Virus record (IMG/VR): IMGVR_UViG_3300029923_000016
Direction: 5' to 3' (one strand)
From: an uncultured virus (IMG/VR IMGVR_UViG_3300029923_000016)
Lineage: Duplodnaviria > Heunggongvirae > Uroviricota > Caudoviricetes
DNA length: 64,000 nucleotides
Below are positions 18,703 through 27,834 of this stretch, piece after piece. The notes beneath the pieces are model-generated. The model saw nothing but the letters and a program-made list of their open reading frames with translations. It was not told where the DNA came from and ran no database searches. A program made the position numbers and the translations under genes. Position 1 is the stretch's first letter. Each line of letters begins with the position of its first letter.

Positions 18703-19218
18703 TTAAGCAATACGGGTGAAGGTATAAGCCGTTGCACTGGAAAACATGAGTCTGAAGCACGCTTGTCCGGTAACGCCGACGGGTACCGTCAATAATCCGG
18801 CACTGGCAGAAACAGCCGCAGCTAATGCGGATAAAATACCATTAACAGCGACGACCATCGTTACTATACCCGTCGAGGTGCTGGCGGTGTTATCAATGTA
18901 TAAATCAAACACGGTGCCCTGCACAGCGCCTAATTGGGTGCCTAATAGCGTGCCGGTCGGTAGTGTTAAACTGACCGCAGTGGCGGAGGTGACCGCGATA
19001 TAGCCAGAAGCTACTTGTGCAGCCGTCAATGTCGCTGTCGCAGCTACTGCGACCGGGGTATGTACTATTGTGGGGTTGGTGACTTGAGGTGCACCGAGCA
19101 AATTGCCGGTGACGTTGCCGGTGACGTTGCCGGTGGTGTTACCGGTAATATTGCCAGTGACGGCACCTACGAAACCTGCGGCACTGTAAATCGGGCCAGA
19201 AAAATGAGTGGCTGCCAT
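18703..19218 (-). CDS. Capsid decoration-like protein
   Basis: MAATHFSGPIYS.AGF N-terminus, TGNV repeats. Confidence 0.6.
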   Translation of the reverse strand: MAATHFSGPIYSAAGFVGAVTGNITGNTTGNVTGNVTGNLLGAPQVTNPTIVHTPVAVAATATLTAAQVASGYIAVTSATAVSLTLPTGTLLGTQLGAVQGTVFDLYIDNTASTSTGIVTMVVAVNGILSALAAAVSASAGLLTVPVGVTGQACFRLMFSSATAYTFTRIA

Positions 19219-19441
19219 GGTATGTTACTCCGTATAAAGAGATTTCGCCCAGAGTCTTTATACCGTCGGCCTAGCTGCCGTCGCTGGGTGATGATGTTGC
19301 TAGATGTTTAGATTAATTGTGCGCCAAAGCACAGAAAAAGCAAGGTGTTTTTGTGTTATAATACGCCTCAGTGGGAGGTGCCTGTAAGTGCCTTTAAATA
19401 TGGATGCCTTAATGCCTGCCCACTACCACCAGGAGCCTATT

Positions 19442-19753
19442 ATGCAAGATAAAATAACGCATCATGGACACCATGAGCACCCCACTTACACACACGCGGA
19501 GCATAAAATCATTATGTTATTATCTGAACTGTTAAAAATTAACCAATCTGTCGCCGGCCAACTCAATAAAGTTGAAACCGAAGTCAATACCCGTTTTGCT
19601 GCACTGCAGGCCGCTATCGACAAATTGACTGCCGATTTAGCTGATGCGCCATTGTCTGAAGAGCAAGCCAACTCCGTTAATGACGTCGTTGCCGCCGCGC
19701 AAAGACTTGACGATATTTCAGTGGATTTACCAACTGAACCCCCTGTAGTATAA
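19442..19753 (+). CDS. Coiled-coil hypothetical protein (opposite-strand cassette)
   Basis: AGGAG RBS; TG-n-TATAAT at 19354-19362. Confidence 0.6.
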   Translation: MQDKITHHGHHEHPTYTHAEHKIIMLLSELLKINQSVAGQLNKVETEVNTRFAALQAAIDKLTADLADAPLSEEQANSVNDVVAAAQRLDDISVDLPTEPPVV

Positions 19754-19782
19754 TTTTACCCGTCGAATGGGTCTGCTTGAAT

Positions 19783-19823
19783 CTTCCCGAGCTGACCTGC
19801 GCGAGCAGGTTGGCGAGGGATGC
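19783..19823 (+). repeat. 41-nt hairpin repeat, copy 1 (copy 2 at 38259..38299)
   Basis: cttcccgagctgacctgcgcgagcaggtYggYgagggatgc. Confidence 0.75.
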
Positions 19824-20040
19824 TCTACATAGCAGGGCACCCGACACTTTAACTGTAAAGCCCCTTGTATAAGGCACGGTCTATGTCCTTCATCATAGGC
19901 CTTGTCTTGCAATCCTCAGGAGTCGCTATGAGCTTCACCAAAAAAGGCCCCGGCAGACATCATGACTACCGTCCCGGTAAACCCTTCGCCAAGCTGCGTA
20001 AGCGCAGTAAAGACGGTACCGTCACGGTTAGAAATCCGTA

Positions 20041-20319
20041 ATGTCTTACTCACTGCCCACCGACCAACACATCAAGCTTAAGTTAAGCGCCCTGGATGAC
20101 GCCGGATTGCCCAGTCCCACGCACAACGAGACCTTTGCCTCCAGTGATTCCACCATTGCGAAAGTTAACGCCAGCGGCAGAGTATCCCCCGTAGCGCCGG
20201 GTGAGGTCATTATTGCCTGCACGGCAGAGTCCAAAGGGGAGACGCTAGCCTCAGAGTTCGCGATTACCGTCGTCAGTAGTAAACCGACTACGTTATTAGT
20301 CGAAGCAGTGATGGTATAA
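20041..20319 (+). CDS. Ig-like (Big_2) domain protein
   Basis: FASSDSTIAKVNASGRV..VAPGEVII. Confidence 0.7.
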   Translation: MSYSLPTDQHIKLKLSALDDAGLPSPTHNETFASSDSTIAKVNASGRVSPVAPGEVIIACTAESKGETLASEFAITVVSSKPTTLLVEAVMV

Positions 20320-20434
20320 TGTTTAACTATCCCCTAGGGGCGCTAGTTGACTGGTGGTTCCACGAAGCCCGCTTTATCAGAACTATTAATAACCCGCTAA
20401 TTTTAGCCATGCTCATAGAGTCAGAAGACGGCAT

Positions 20435-20650
20435 TTACTTATTTATGGCCTGATGCGTCGCCCTTAGGCGATGCATGTAATACCGCTCGAAATCGGCTTG
20501 GGCTATCCAGTGCTGATGCCCGTCCGGAAACCATACCGTGTAGCCGGGTATCTCGATATGCTTACCCCCTATAAACGTCCCCGCACTGTGGGGAGACGCT
20601 TTGATGGTTATCGTCGTCGTAAAAATACGTCGGACATAAGGGAGGGTCAC
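20435..20650 (-). CDS. Small hypothetical protein, paralogue of 20647..20853
   Basis: Shared GY...FPD.H..W....D.E..Y pattern. Confidence 0.55.
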   Translation of the reverse strand: MTLPYVRRIFTTTITIKASPHSAGTFIGGKHIEIPGYTVWFPDGHQHWIAQADFERYYMHRLRATHQAINK

Positions 20651-20853
20651 TTATCTAACAAACCCGTCGGGCTGTTACGTAAGTACAGCTCCTCGTAGTC
20701 CCGCTCGTCCACCCACGTCGTATGCTTATCGGGAAAGTGTAGCCGGTAGCCCGCCGTGCGCTCCCAGGAATCATTCTGCAAATACCAGGACTGCTGAGGA
20801 ATAGCGGTAATCTCGAGGGTAACGGTGAGTTTGCGGGGGAGGGGGGCGGTCAT
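20647..20853 (-). CDS. Small hypothetical protein
   Basis: See paralogue 20435..20650. Confidence 0.55.
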   Translation of the reverse strand: MTAPLPRKLTVTLEITAIPQQSWYLQNDSWERTAGYRLHFPDKHTTWVDERDYEELYLRNSPTGLLDK

Positions 20854-21074
20854 AATAATTTTACCAGTACGGCAACGACGCCGATAGCGAAAGCAATCAA
20901 TGCACCCAGCTTGATAATCAGGCGCTGTTCGAGTTGGATAAGGTCTTGCTTGGTTGCCAGCTCTACTTGTGCCTCAACGAGACCCCGCACAATAGCCCGC
21001 GCCTGCTCGTGCGGGATACCGGAGGTTTTGAGCTCTTCGACCAAGCGGTCAGTATCAAATGTGAGTGTGGTCAT
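20850..21074 (-). CDS. DUF1640/CCDC90-like protein
   Basis: FDT..LVEELK.SG...EQA.AIV...LATKQDL..LEQRLIIKLG plus TM. Confidence 0.75.
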   Translation of the reverse strand: MTTLTFDTDRLVEELKTSGIPHEQARAIVRGLVEAQVELATKQDLIQLEQRLIIKLGALIAFAIGVVAVLVKLL

Positions 21075-22600
21075 ACCACACTCCAAAGCCACTTCTTTTT
21101 GCCGCAGTCATAAATACGCCTTGCACCCATTAGGTATGTCATTTCTTTCTCCGTGCGAGTATCCGTTTCCGGATTGTAAGTGTCTGTACAGCCATGCTCC
21201 AGTAACCGTTTAGGTATGTCTCGGCGTTGGTAGTGCGCTTTGGGGCGAATGCCTATCTTCTGACTCCATACTTGGTAGTCTACAGTAATTTCATTCTCCA
21301 AAACAAACCCCAGTTGCTTATACATCCCACCCCCAAAGTATCGGTTATCTGAAAAGGACTTCACTTCTTTTGGGTTGTACTCTTGGAGAAATGCCTTAAA
21401 TAATCGAGATGCTCCTCCTGATACTGTAACCCGCGTTGCATATCGCCCCAGCGTCCAACACCGCCCTTGTGCCGCTGTACCTCTATCATTTGCCCCAAAA
21501 ACAAAGCGCATACACGCCACCAGCTTGTCTTTCCAGTACAACCCATAGTGCGCACCTACCCCTGCACCGCCTTGGATGTGATACTTGTCATAGAACCCCC
21601 GCGCTTCCTGAATATCTACTTTGCGTATTTCACATTTCCGCGCCATCAGCTTACCCTTGGACTTCCCAATCGCATTACGCAACAACCGTTTTACTGCGTA
21701 GGGGTGCTCCTTATATTCATTCTCAAAAATAGTTATTAGTCTGATGCCTAAATCCGCACATGCTTGATGTTTAATGGCGTGCTGGTTTTTATCCCTTTTC
21801 TCGGATTCTGCATTACTATGGCTATGATAATAAATGCCACAATATTCAACAGCTAACTTATGCTCGGGAAGGTATATATCCAGCTCTTTAGGTTTTATAA
21901 GCTGTCTGTCACGCCGCTCTACAGAAGTAAATATGGATAGCATATCCCCCAATGCCTCTTCATCCTTGGATTTCATGTGGTTGCACTGAGGGCACGGGTT
22001 TCCCCCATCCAAATGATTGTAGGCTATTTGGGTGAGCTGTCTGTTATGCGGGATGCACCTGAATGTTATGGGGTTAAGATTGTGTGTGTATACTGTTCCA
22101 GTGTAATCAAACACTCCTTTATGCAATAGGGTTGCCCGTGCAACAAACTGTTCTGCTACCGTTTTATTCCTTCGGGTATTTCGTGCTTGTTGGGGGCCTA
22201 CAGCACATTTAGGGCAGCCCCGCCCTTTCCTGTGTGAGTGTGTAGTTTGGGGGAACACTCCATGTTCTCTACAAATAATATCAACATTGTCATGGGCGTT
22301 AGTGTATTTCACCAAAGAGTAATCATACCTATCTCCATGTACTTTCCTAAACTGCATTAGTCTATCTTCTAAAGAAGGCTTACGCTTTTTAGAAGCTGCA
22401 TTGGTTGCTTCTCTCCCACACTGGAAACAGCCTTGGCGCTGGGATACATGTGCATTGGGTGACTGAAAAAACTCCCCATGAATAGGGCAGATAATTCTTA
22501 TATATGTCCCGGAATTAATGTAAGGGTCTGGGTAACTATAAGTATCCCCATGTACTGCCCTAGCTTTGGTTATAAAATCTTCTGTTGTTAACTTCTTCAT
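21071..22600 (-). CDS. Homing-endonuclease-like protein (HG..YDYS/Zn repeats plus Vsr/DUF559-like nuclease domain)
   Basis: Repeated VHGD.Y.Y...IIC..HG.F...GC..C; ELDIYLPEHKLAVEYCGIYYH; own insertion after the capsid terminator. Confidence 0.75.
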   Translation of the reverse strand: MKKLTTEDFITKARAVHGDTYSYPDPYINSGTYIRIICPIHGEFFQSPNAHVSQRQGCFQCGREATNAASKKRKPSLEDRLMQFRKVHGDRYDYSLVKYTNAHDNVDIICREHGVFPQTTHSHRKGRGCPKCAVGPQQARNTRRNKTVAEQFVARATLLHKGVFDYTGTVYTHNLNPITFRCIPHNRQLTQIAYNHLDGGNPCPQCNHMKSKDEEALGDMLSIFTSVERRDRQLIKPKELDIYLPEHKLAVEYCGIYYHSHSNAESEKRDKNQHAIKHQACADLGIRLITIFENEYKEHPYAVKRLLRNAIGKSKGKLMARKCEIRKVDIQEARGFYDKYHIQGGAGVGAHYGLYWKDKLVACMRFVFGANDRGTAAQGRCWTLGRYATRVTVSGGASRLFKAFLQEYNPKEVKSFSDNRYFGGGMYKQLGFVLENEITVDYQVWSQKIGIRPKAHYQRRDIPKRLLEHGCTDTYNPETDTRTEKEMTYLMGARRIYDCGKKKWLWSVV

Positions 22601-22682
22601 TTAGCCCCCTGTGTTGTCCAAGCAGCTATTTTAATACCTATATGGAAAAGGTCAACATCTAAATTGCTAAATGGACAGGCGC

Positions 22683-22706
22683 AAAAAAGCCCACCGAAGT
22701 GGGCTT
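22683..22706 (-). terminator. Rho-independent terminator after major capsid gene
   Basis: AAGCCCAC-ttcg-GTGGGC-TTTTTT on the - strand. Confidence 0.85.
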
Positions 22707-22735
22707 AATTTACTTCTTTTAAAACAGAGACTTAA

Positions 22736-23644
22736 CTATGCCCCAGGGCTTGAGAACACCCCTAGCGGATCCGACCAGCCCACGCTGTATCGTTCACGAG
22801 ATTTGTAGCGAACGTTGCCCGTGTCGAAGTCACCATCCATTGCAGTGGTCAGTGGCGCTCTAACAAACATTTTGAGTCCATTAGGCACGTCCGTTGTTAA
22901 CATCCAAGCATTGGAGTCGGTAAAAAAGTGGTTTATCTTATACCCACCTGGAATTGACCCATTACTCTTCAATGCGTTGATATCATTGTCCGCAGTACCC
23001 ACACGAAGCTCTGTCTCAAGGAGCCTGGTTGCCACAAATTGCAGTGCTGGTGGGATGACTAACTTGACAGGTTTAGCTGCAATCAGCAACCCGCGTTCAT
23101 CCGTCCAAGCTGCAATCTGGATGACTGCTGCCTCAAGTGAGGTTTCATTCAAATCCGCTGCTGTCGCCGGTGTATTGCTGTTATACCCGCCCCCTACCAG
23201 AGGATGCAAAGTAGAGAACAGTGGCACACCATCGCCGCCCACAGCCTGTGCTGAGAAGCCATTGTTGATAATAGACGCTGCTTTAACCTGCTTGGTGTAC
23301 GCCATCGCTCTTGCCAGCGCTTTGGTATAACGAGCCGATAGTGCGTCATACAGATTGTCCTCGACAGCTTCTTCTGTAATTGAGAACCCTAGTGCAATGG
23401 TCTCATGATTGTATCTGGCCGTCCAAGCCTCTTGGGCGTTTTCATATTGAATAGCAGCCCCTTCGTTTTTAACCGGAGCGGCCTGGAAGCCACTCAATTT
23501 TGTTTCTTCTTCAAAAGAACGTTCTGAGCTTTCAATCTCGAAAATCTCTTTATGCTCTTCGCCGTAGCGGGCATATTCAAGACCGAACAACGCGTTCAGT
23601 CCGGGAAGCAATTCTTTTAATAGTTGTGCGCGTGAAATAGCCAT
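22736..23644 (-). CDS. Major capsid protein
   Basis: MAISRAQLLKELLPGLNALFGLEY...DGDFDTGNVRYKSRERYSVGWSDP; position after scaffold, followed by terminator. Confidence 0.92.
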   Translation of the reverse strand: MAISRAQLLKELLPGLNALFGLEYARYGEEHKEIFEIESSERSFEEETKLSGFQAAPVKNEGAAIQYENAQEAWTARYNHETIALGFSITEEAVEDNLYDALSARYTKALARAMAYTKQVKAASIINNGFSAQAVGGDGVPLFSTLHPLVGGGYNSNTPATAADLNETSLEAAVIQIAAWTDERGLLIAAKPVKLVIPPALQFVATRLLETELRVGTADNDINALKSNGSIPGGYKINHFFTDSNAWMLTTDVPNGLKMFVRAPLTTAMDGDFDTGNVRYKSRERYSVGWSDPLGVFSSPGA

Positions 23645-23655
23645 GACTAACTCCT

Positions 23656-24480
23656 TTAAGTAATTGCTAAAGCAGTATAGTAAGCATGGACGCCAAAGTT
23701 GAGCTTGACGAGCACTTCCGGATACTGGGTGAAAATGACCGTCGCACCCGAGGCAATAGCTGCCAACGGCGCTGCATTGACGGTGACCGAGGTTGCACCC
23801 GCTGCCGCTGCTACAGAGACGTAAGACCCTGAAGCAATGTACTGGCCATTGGACGCAATCGAGCCTACATCAGTACCGACAACCAGTGCATTAGGTAATG
23901 CAGTCGTCAAGGTAATGGTTGTAGAGCTGGATGAGCCGACCGACGGGGTGACAACCGCAGTCTCAGGCACCAAACCCACCATACGCGCCGCAGCAGTATT
24001 GGTGGTTGTCGTCGCAGACCAGAGTAAAGCCACTTGGGAATTGCCGGTCGCGCCATTGACGGCGTTTTGAATCAGACCGTAGTTCTGACCGAGGACAGCT
24101 TGGCTGGCAGAGGCCAGTACCGTTGTTGCCGAACAGACGACGGCTTTAAACACCGTGTCGGGGTCATCGCACACATACGCCATGCCGTCACCTGCCAAGG
24201 TACTGGCGACCCAATTTTGGGCAAACAGTTTTTGCTTGGTTGCCGGGCTGGTGTAGGTGCAGCCTAAAAATACACCGACCAAGCCGACTGCGGTAGAATC
24301 CGTAGTGCCGGTGTGTTTGGTAATGTTGCCTCGGGTGATATTGACTAAATCACCGTAGCCTATTGCTGTTGCGTAGCCATAGCCAATCGGGAGCATACGT
24401 GTCGCACCTGCGAACACCTGCCCACCGACCAGATTGACTGGTTTAAGCCCATACGGGCCGTTTACAGTTGGGTAAGCCAT
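23656..24480 (-). CDS. Capsid-associated protein
   Basis: PYGLKPVNL.GG...GVFLGCTY...DDPD.VF; immediately upstream of the major capsid gene. Confidence 0.7.
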   Translation of the reverse strand: MAYPTVNGPYGLKPVNLVGGQVFAGATRMLPIGYGYATAIGYGDLVNITRGNITKHTGTTDSTAVGLVGVFLGCTYTSPATKQKLFAQNWVASTLAGDGMAYVCDDPDTVFKAVVCSATTVLASASQAVLGQNYGLIQNAVNGATGNSQVALLWSATTTTNTAAARMVGLVPETAVVTPSVGSSSSTTITLTTALPNALVVGTDVGSIASNGQYIASGSYVSVAAAAGATSVTVNAAPLAAIASGATVIFTQYPEVLVKLNFGVHAYYTALAIT

Positions 24481-24524
24481 AATGGCCTCCTATTAATATT
24501 TATGCATCCCCTAAGGGCGATGCA

Positions 24525-24962
24525 TTAACCCTTGCCGAAGGACGTGGAACTTTTCTTTTCTCTAAAGATAGGCATCCGGGCGTCGCTTTGGCGCATCAGG
24601 TTATTGTCCACGGCCTCCGTTTGAGCGTGCGTTTGCGCGGTAATATACTCATTACGTTGCTGTACGAACTCAATCGGGGTCTTGCAGAGCAGTAACCCAC
24701 CAATTTCGATGTTGTCCTTGAATCGGCTGTTCGGGTCGACCAATAGTTGCATTTGTGGCTGTTCAATCACCGGGACGGGTTCCCAGCCTTCTCGTAGTTT
24801 TGCGGACAGATTGCGCGGGTCAGTCTGACCTAACGAGGCAATACGAATCCAGCGGTACGCCCAACCGGGGATTTCCTCCGGTTTAGGCAATAATTCGGGG
24901 GGCATCCACTTCTCGGGGCGTTTGTGGGCGTCGCGTTTTTCCAGTACTCTAGTTTCAGCCAT
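24525..24962 (-). CDS. Head-module hypothetical protein
   Basis: YRWIR...REGWEPV...IGGLLLCK. Confidence 0.7.
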   Translation of the reverse strand: MAETRVLEKRDAHKRPEKWMPPELLPKPEEIPGWAYRWIRIASLGQTDPRNLSAKLREGWEPVPVIEQPQMQLLVDPNSRFKDNIEIGGLLLCKTPIEFVQQRNEYITAQTHAQTEAVDNNLMRQSDARMPIFREKKSSTSFGKG

Positions 24963-25263
24963 GGTCGTTTCCTATTAAATATCTTCCGGAGACGGCGTCG
25001 CCGGCAATGCTTACACCCGGTACAAACGTGACTGCTTCAGCTAGTGAGTACGTTAAATCAATATTCTTTTGTTGTGTAGTTACTTGAATAACACAACCGA
25101 CACCAGGAATTTCCATAGCTTTTGTACTTTTCATCCAGCCTTCCGTCTGACTCGATGCTTTACAAAGCAACTGGAACATATCACCATTCCCAAACACTTT
25201 GATGTCCGGGACATTGACTTTAGCACCAGCTACGTCGCTGTTATACAGTGTTTTTTCAGACAT
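24955..25263 (-). CDS. Hypothetical phage protein
   Basis: GWMKSTKAMEIPGVGCVIQVTTQQ; 102 aa inserted in the head operon. Confidence 0.65.
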   Translation of the reverse strand: MSEKTLYNSDVAGAKVNVPDIKVFGNGDMFQLLCKASSQTEGWMKSTKAMEIPGVGCVIQVTTQQKNIDLTYSLAEAVTFVPGVSIAGDAVSGRYLIGNDHG

Positions 25264-26218
25264 TAACCTTCTCCAATTTAATTACTTCCATTGCATACTG
25301 CTCCGGGGTTAACCCCAACTTTTTGGCGATTGCCAGCTGTGAGGTCTTCAGGACGACTTTCTTGGAAGACGTACTGCGTCTGACGGGAGCGACGACATCC
25401 GGTTTGGGTGTGCCCTCGTCAGAGGGTGCACGTACACCGTGCTCAGCCTCCGTAGCGGGCGGTTCAAAAGCCTCAGGAAACCTCTGTTTGACTTCTTTGG
25501 TGATTTCGTCAAAATAGGCTTTGGAGCCGACAAAGTTCTGGCCGCGCGTTTCTGCCAAGTCTTCATGAACGGCGAGGGCGTACTTGGCCATTTTCTTTTT
25601 GGAAGGGTCTACATACCACGGGTTCTCTTTGACCCATTGGGCGACATTTGGGTCGACGGCAGGGGCGGGCTTGGGAAGCGTATATTCCGATGCTTCTAGC
25701 GAAGCGTCGGACATAGTAGGCTTGAAATCCGTGGCTTTGTCAAGCTTGGCATTGGCTTTTATCAGCTCTTGCTGGGCTTCGACAATCTCATCCGTGGTAC
25801 CGGCATCATAGGCCTCTTTATAGCGCCGTTTGGCCTTGTCAACCTCAAGCTCTGCCGCCGACTTGTAGGTGGTTAAGAGCTCTTCTTCACCGGTCTTGAG
25901 CAGGGACTTTAAGCGCTTGTTCTCGTCGAGGATTTTTTGAGCGAGGGTCAGGGCTTCGTTCTGCTCACGCTGCGCCTGCTCTTTTAGGCGCCTTTCATCG
26001 TGGTAAACCTTTTTGTACTGTAAAAACTTATTCTTGACCGTTTTACTATATTCTTCCGAGTCCGGCAGCGTCTCAAGCTCATCGGCGAGGTCTTTCGGTA
26101 ACGGTTCAATATTGCGGTCAGCGGCGGGGACATCGGACTCTTCTTCTATCTCAATGCCGGCGTCATCGAACTCACTGTTTAAATCATCATCGTCATCATT
26201 TGGGAAACGATATGCCAT
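25256..26218 (-). CDS. Capsid scaffolding protein
   Basis: Acidic N-terminus, coiled coil, W...NPW, C-terminal AIAKKLGLTPEQYA. Confidence 0.8.
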   Translation of the reverse strand: MAYRFPNDDDDDLNSEFDDAGIEIEEESDVPAADRNIEPLPKDLADELETLPDSEEYSKTVKNKFLQYKKVYHDERRLKEQAQREQNEALTLAQKILDENKRLKSLLKTGEEELLTTYKSAAELEVDKAKRRYKEAYDAGTTDEIVEAQQELIKANAKLDKATDFKPTMSDASLEASEYTLPKPAPAVDPNVAQWVKENPWYVDPSKKKMAKYALAVHEDLAETRGQNFVGSKAYFDEITKEVKQRFPEAFEPPATEAEHGVRAPSDEGTPKPDVVAPVRRSTSSKKVVLKTSQLAIAKKLGLTPEQYAMEVIKLEKVNV

Positions 26219-26460
26219 TACAAGTTACTCCTTTCTTCCTGGAGTTGTGCTGACTCTTTGTCTCGCATAATTTGCTCATCACGAATTGCTTTACCTACCC
26301 ACATATAACATTCTTCCAAATGAGTAAGCGCCAGCTGCGTTGCGCGCGTATCACCAAAATCTTCAATGGCTTGCGCTAAACTTTTTACAGACTGTTTTAT
26401 GTAATCCTGCTTTTCGCAGGCTATGTTGTCATACTTTATGTAATCAAATCTATTAGCCAT
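26218..26460 (-). CDS. Acb2/Tad1-like helical-hairpin protein (putative cyclic-nucleotide sponge)
   Basis: R.TQLALTHLEECYMWVGKAI matches the R..SLA.T.LEE..MW..KAI pattern. Confidence 0.6.
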   Translation of the reverse strand: MANRFDYIKYDNIACEKQDYIKQSVKSLAQAIEDFGDTRATQLALTHLEECYMWVGKAIRDEQIMRDKESAQLQEERSNL

Positions 26461-26641
26461 TGTCTGCTCCTTGTTGGGCGGCGAATAGCCTGGAGACGTA
26501 ATCTTCCTGCTCCGCATAAGGAATTAAACACGTCATTAACTTAATAATATAATCTTCGCTTCCGGTTACGTAAATTCCACTATTAATCAAACTATCTTTT
26601 GCTAAATCAAGTAGTAGCTCTTTTTGCTTCTCAGTTATCAT
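26453..26641 (-). CDS. Hypothetical protein
   Basis: 62-aa ORF coupled to its neighbours. Confidence 0.5.
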   Translation of the reverse strand: MITEKQKELLLDLAKDSLINSGIYVTGSEDYIIKLMTCLIPYAEQEDYVSRLFAAQQGADNG

Positions 26642-26784
26642 TTTTTGTCCTTGGTGAGGTGGTGGTCGTGCGCTATGCGCGCGTTGAGTAGCTTAGTCCG
26701 CTGCGTTTGCGTCGCTGCGGCTTGGTAATCTTTTAATAATTTGCGGGACTTGTCGTCCCGCTCGAGTACGGACGTAACCATGAT

Positions 26785-27003
26785 TTAATCCTCGAAATCG
26801 CCATTTAGTAATTTGAACTTAAATCTTTCTATCATATACAGTAGCTCTTGTTTGCTCGCAGTAGATGCTGCAAAATAAGCCCCATCATCGTGGCATCGCC
26901 CTATAACCAAAACCCTGTGCAACTTATTTTTAGCCCCCTCCAAAACGTTATCGGGACTAATATCCAATCGTGTATAGCCTCCTATAGGCGTTACCTTGCT
27001 CAT
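26785..27003 (-). CDS. Hypothetical protein
   Basis: TRLDISPDNVLEGA...VLVIG...YFAAS. Confidence 0.6.
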   Translation of the reverse strand: MSKVTPIGGYTRLDISPDNVLEGAKNKLHRVLVIGRCHDDGAYFAASTASKQELLYMIERFKFKLLNGDFED

Positions 27004-27182
27004 GAAATCTTTTTAGTGCTAAACAAATGCTCCAACCAAGACTCTTTATGCTTGGCTCTAATAGCATCGGCCAAGTCCGCTTCGTCAGCTTGTTTTTGTA
27101 GTTCAATCAATTGCTCTTGCTCGGCGACCGAGTCTAACGAGAATTGGTACAATGCGTCTACTAAATATTTTGGAATCTCCAT
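27000..27182 (-). CDS. Hypothetical protein
   Basis: AGGAG RBS; overlaps the next gene. Confidence 0.5.
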   Translation of the reverse strand: MEIPKYLVDALYQFSLDSVAEQEQLIELQKQADEADLADAIRAKHKESWLEHLFSTKKIS

Positions 27183-27235
27183 TTTATGCTCCTAGGGGTT
27201 CGTTACTTAAGACGCTAATCTTAAGGAATGGACAG

Positions 27236-27622
27236 TTAACGGCGTCTAATGCCGCGGGGGTCTTCGGCTGTCCCGATTACGGAATCATCCGTAATAAGGG
27301 CAAACTCTTTGCCGTGTATATTAAGCCGCATCCCGGTGTAGCTGCGGCACAAGATGAAATCACCTTTCTGGCACCACGGTCCTGATGGGAACTTAATAGG
27401 GTCATTATAGCAGTCAGGACCTAAGTCGACGACGAACAGCACCATGGTGAGTATACTTTCGTTGGCAACGGTAATGTCCGGCTTAATAAGCTCCGAGTTG
27501 TCGAACTTCTCGACGATTTCAGGCACGGCGCACAGGATGTGATAGCCGGTGGGTTTGGGCAGTTGTGATGCTAGTTTGGCGTGCTCGCTAGTGCTCGTAC
27601 GCGTTTCTGATAAATCGGTCAC
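27236..27622 (-). CDS. groES: GroES-like co-chaperonin
   Basis: PKPTGYHIL, LGPDCY, GPWC.KGDFI, GKEF.LI.DDSV.G. Confidence 0.8.
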   Translation of the reverse strand: MTDLSETRTSTSEHAKLASQLPKPTGYHILCAVPEIVEKFDNSELIKPDITVANESILTMVLFVVDLGPDCYNDPIKFPSGPWCQKGDFILCRSYTGMRLNIHGKEFALITDDSVIGTAEDPRGIRRR

Positions 27623-27819
27623 TCGTCGTCATCCTCCCCTCGTGCGAGGGTGTTTAGCAGTTGTAAAAGTTGTTTAAAAGCGTCGATTTTGCCGACAATA
27701 TGCCGGTACTCTGCCCAATCTGTCGGGGTGCCTTTACTCAAGGTGTCAGTATAGACGGTTATACGTTCTTTGACTTGAATCTCGAGTTTGGTCAGGATGC
27801 GCAGGGTCTCGTTGTCCAT
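27619..27819 (-). CDS. Hypothetical protein
   Basis: DWAEYRHIVG.I motif; lies between portal and GroES. Confidence 0.6.
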   Translation of the reverse strand: MDNETLRILTKLEIQVKERITVYTDTLSKGTPTDWAEYRHIVGKIDAFKQLLQLLNTLARGEDDDE

Positions 27820-27834
27820 TAGTTCTCTCCAATA

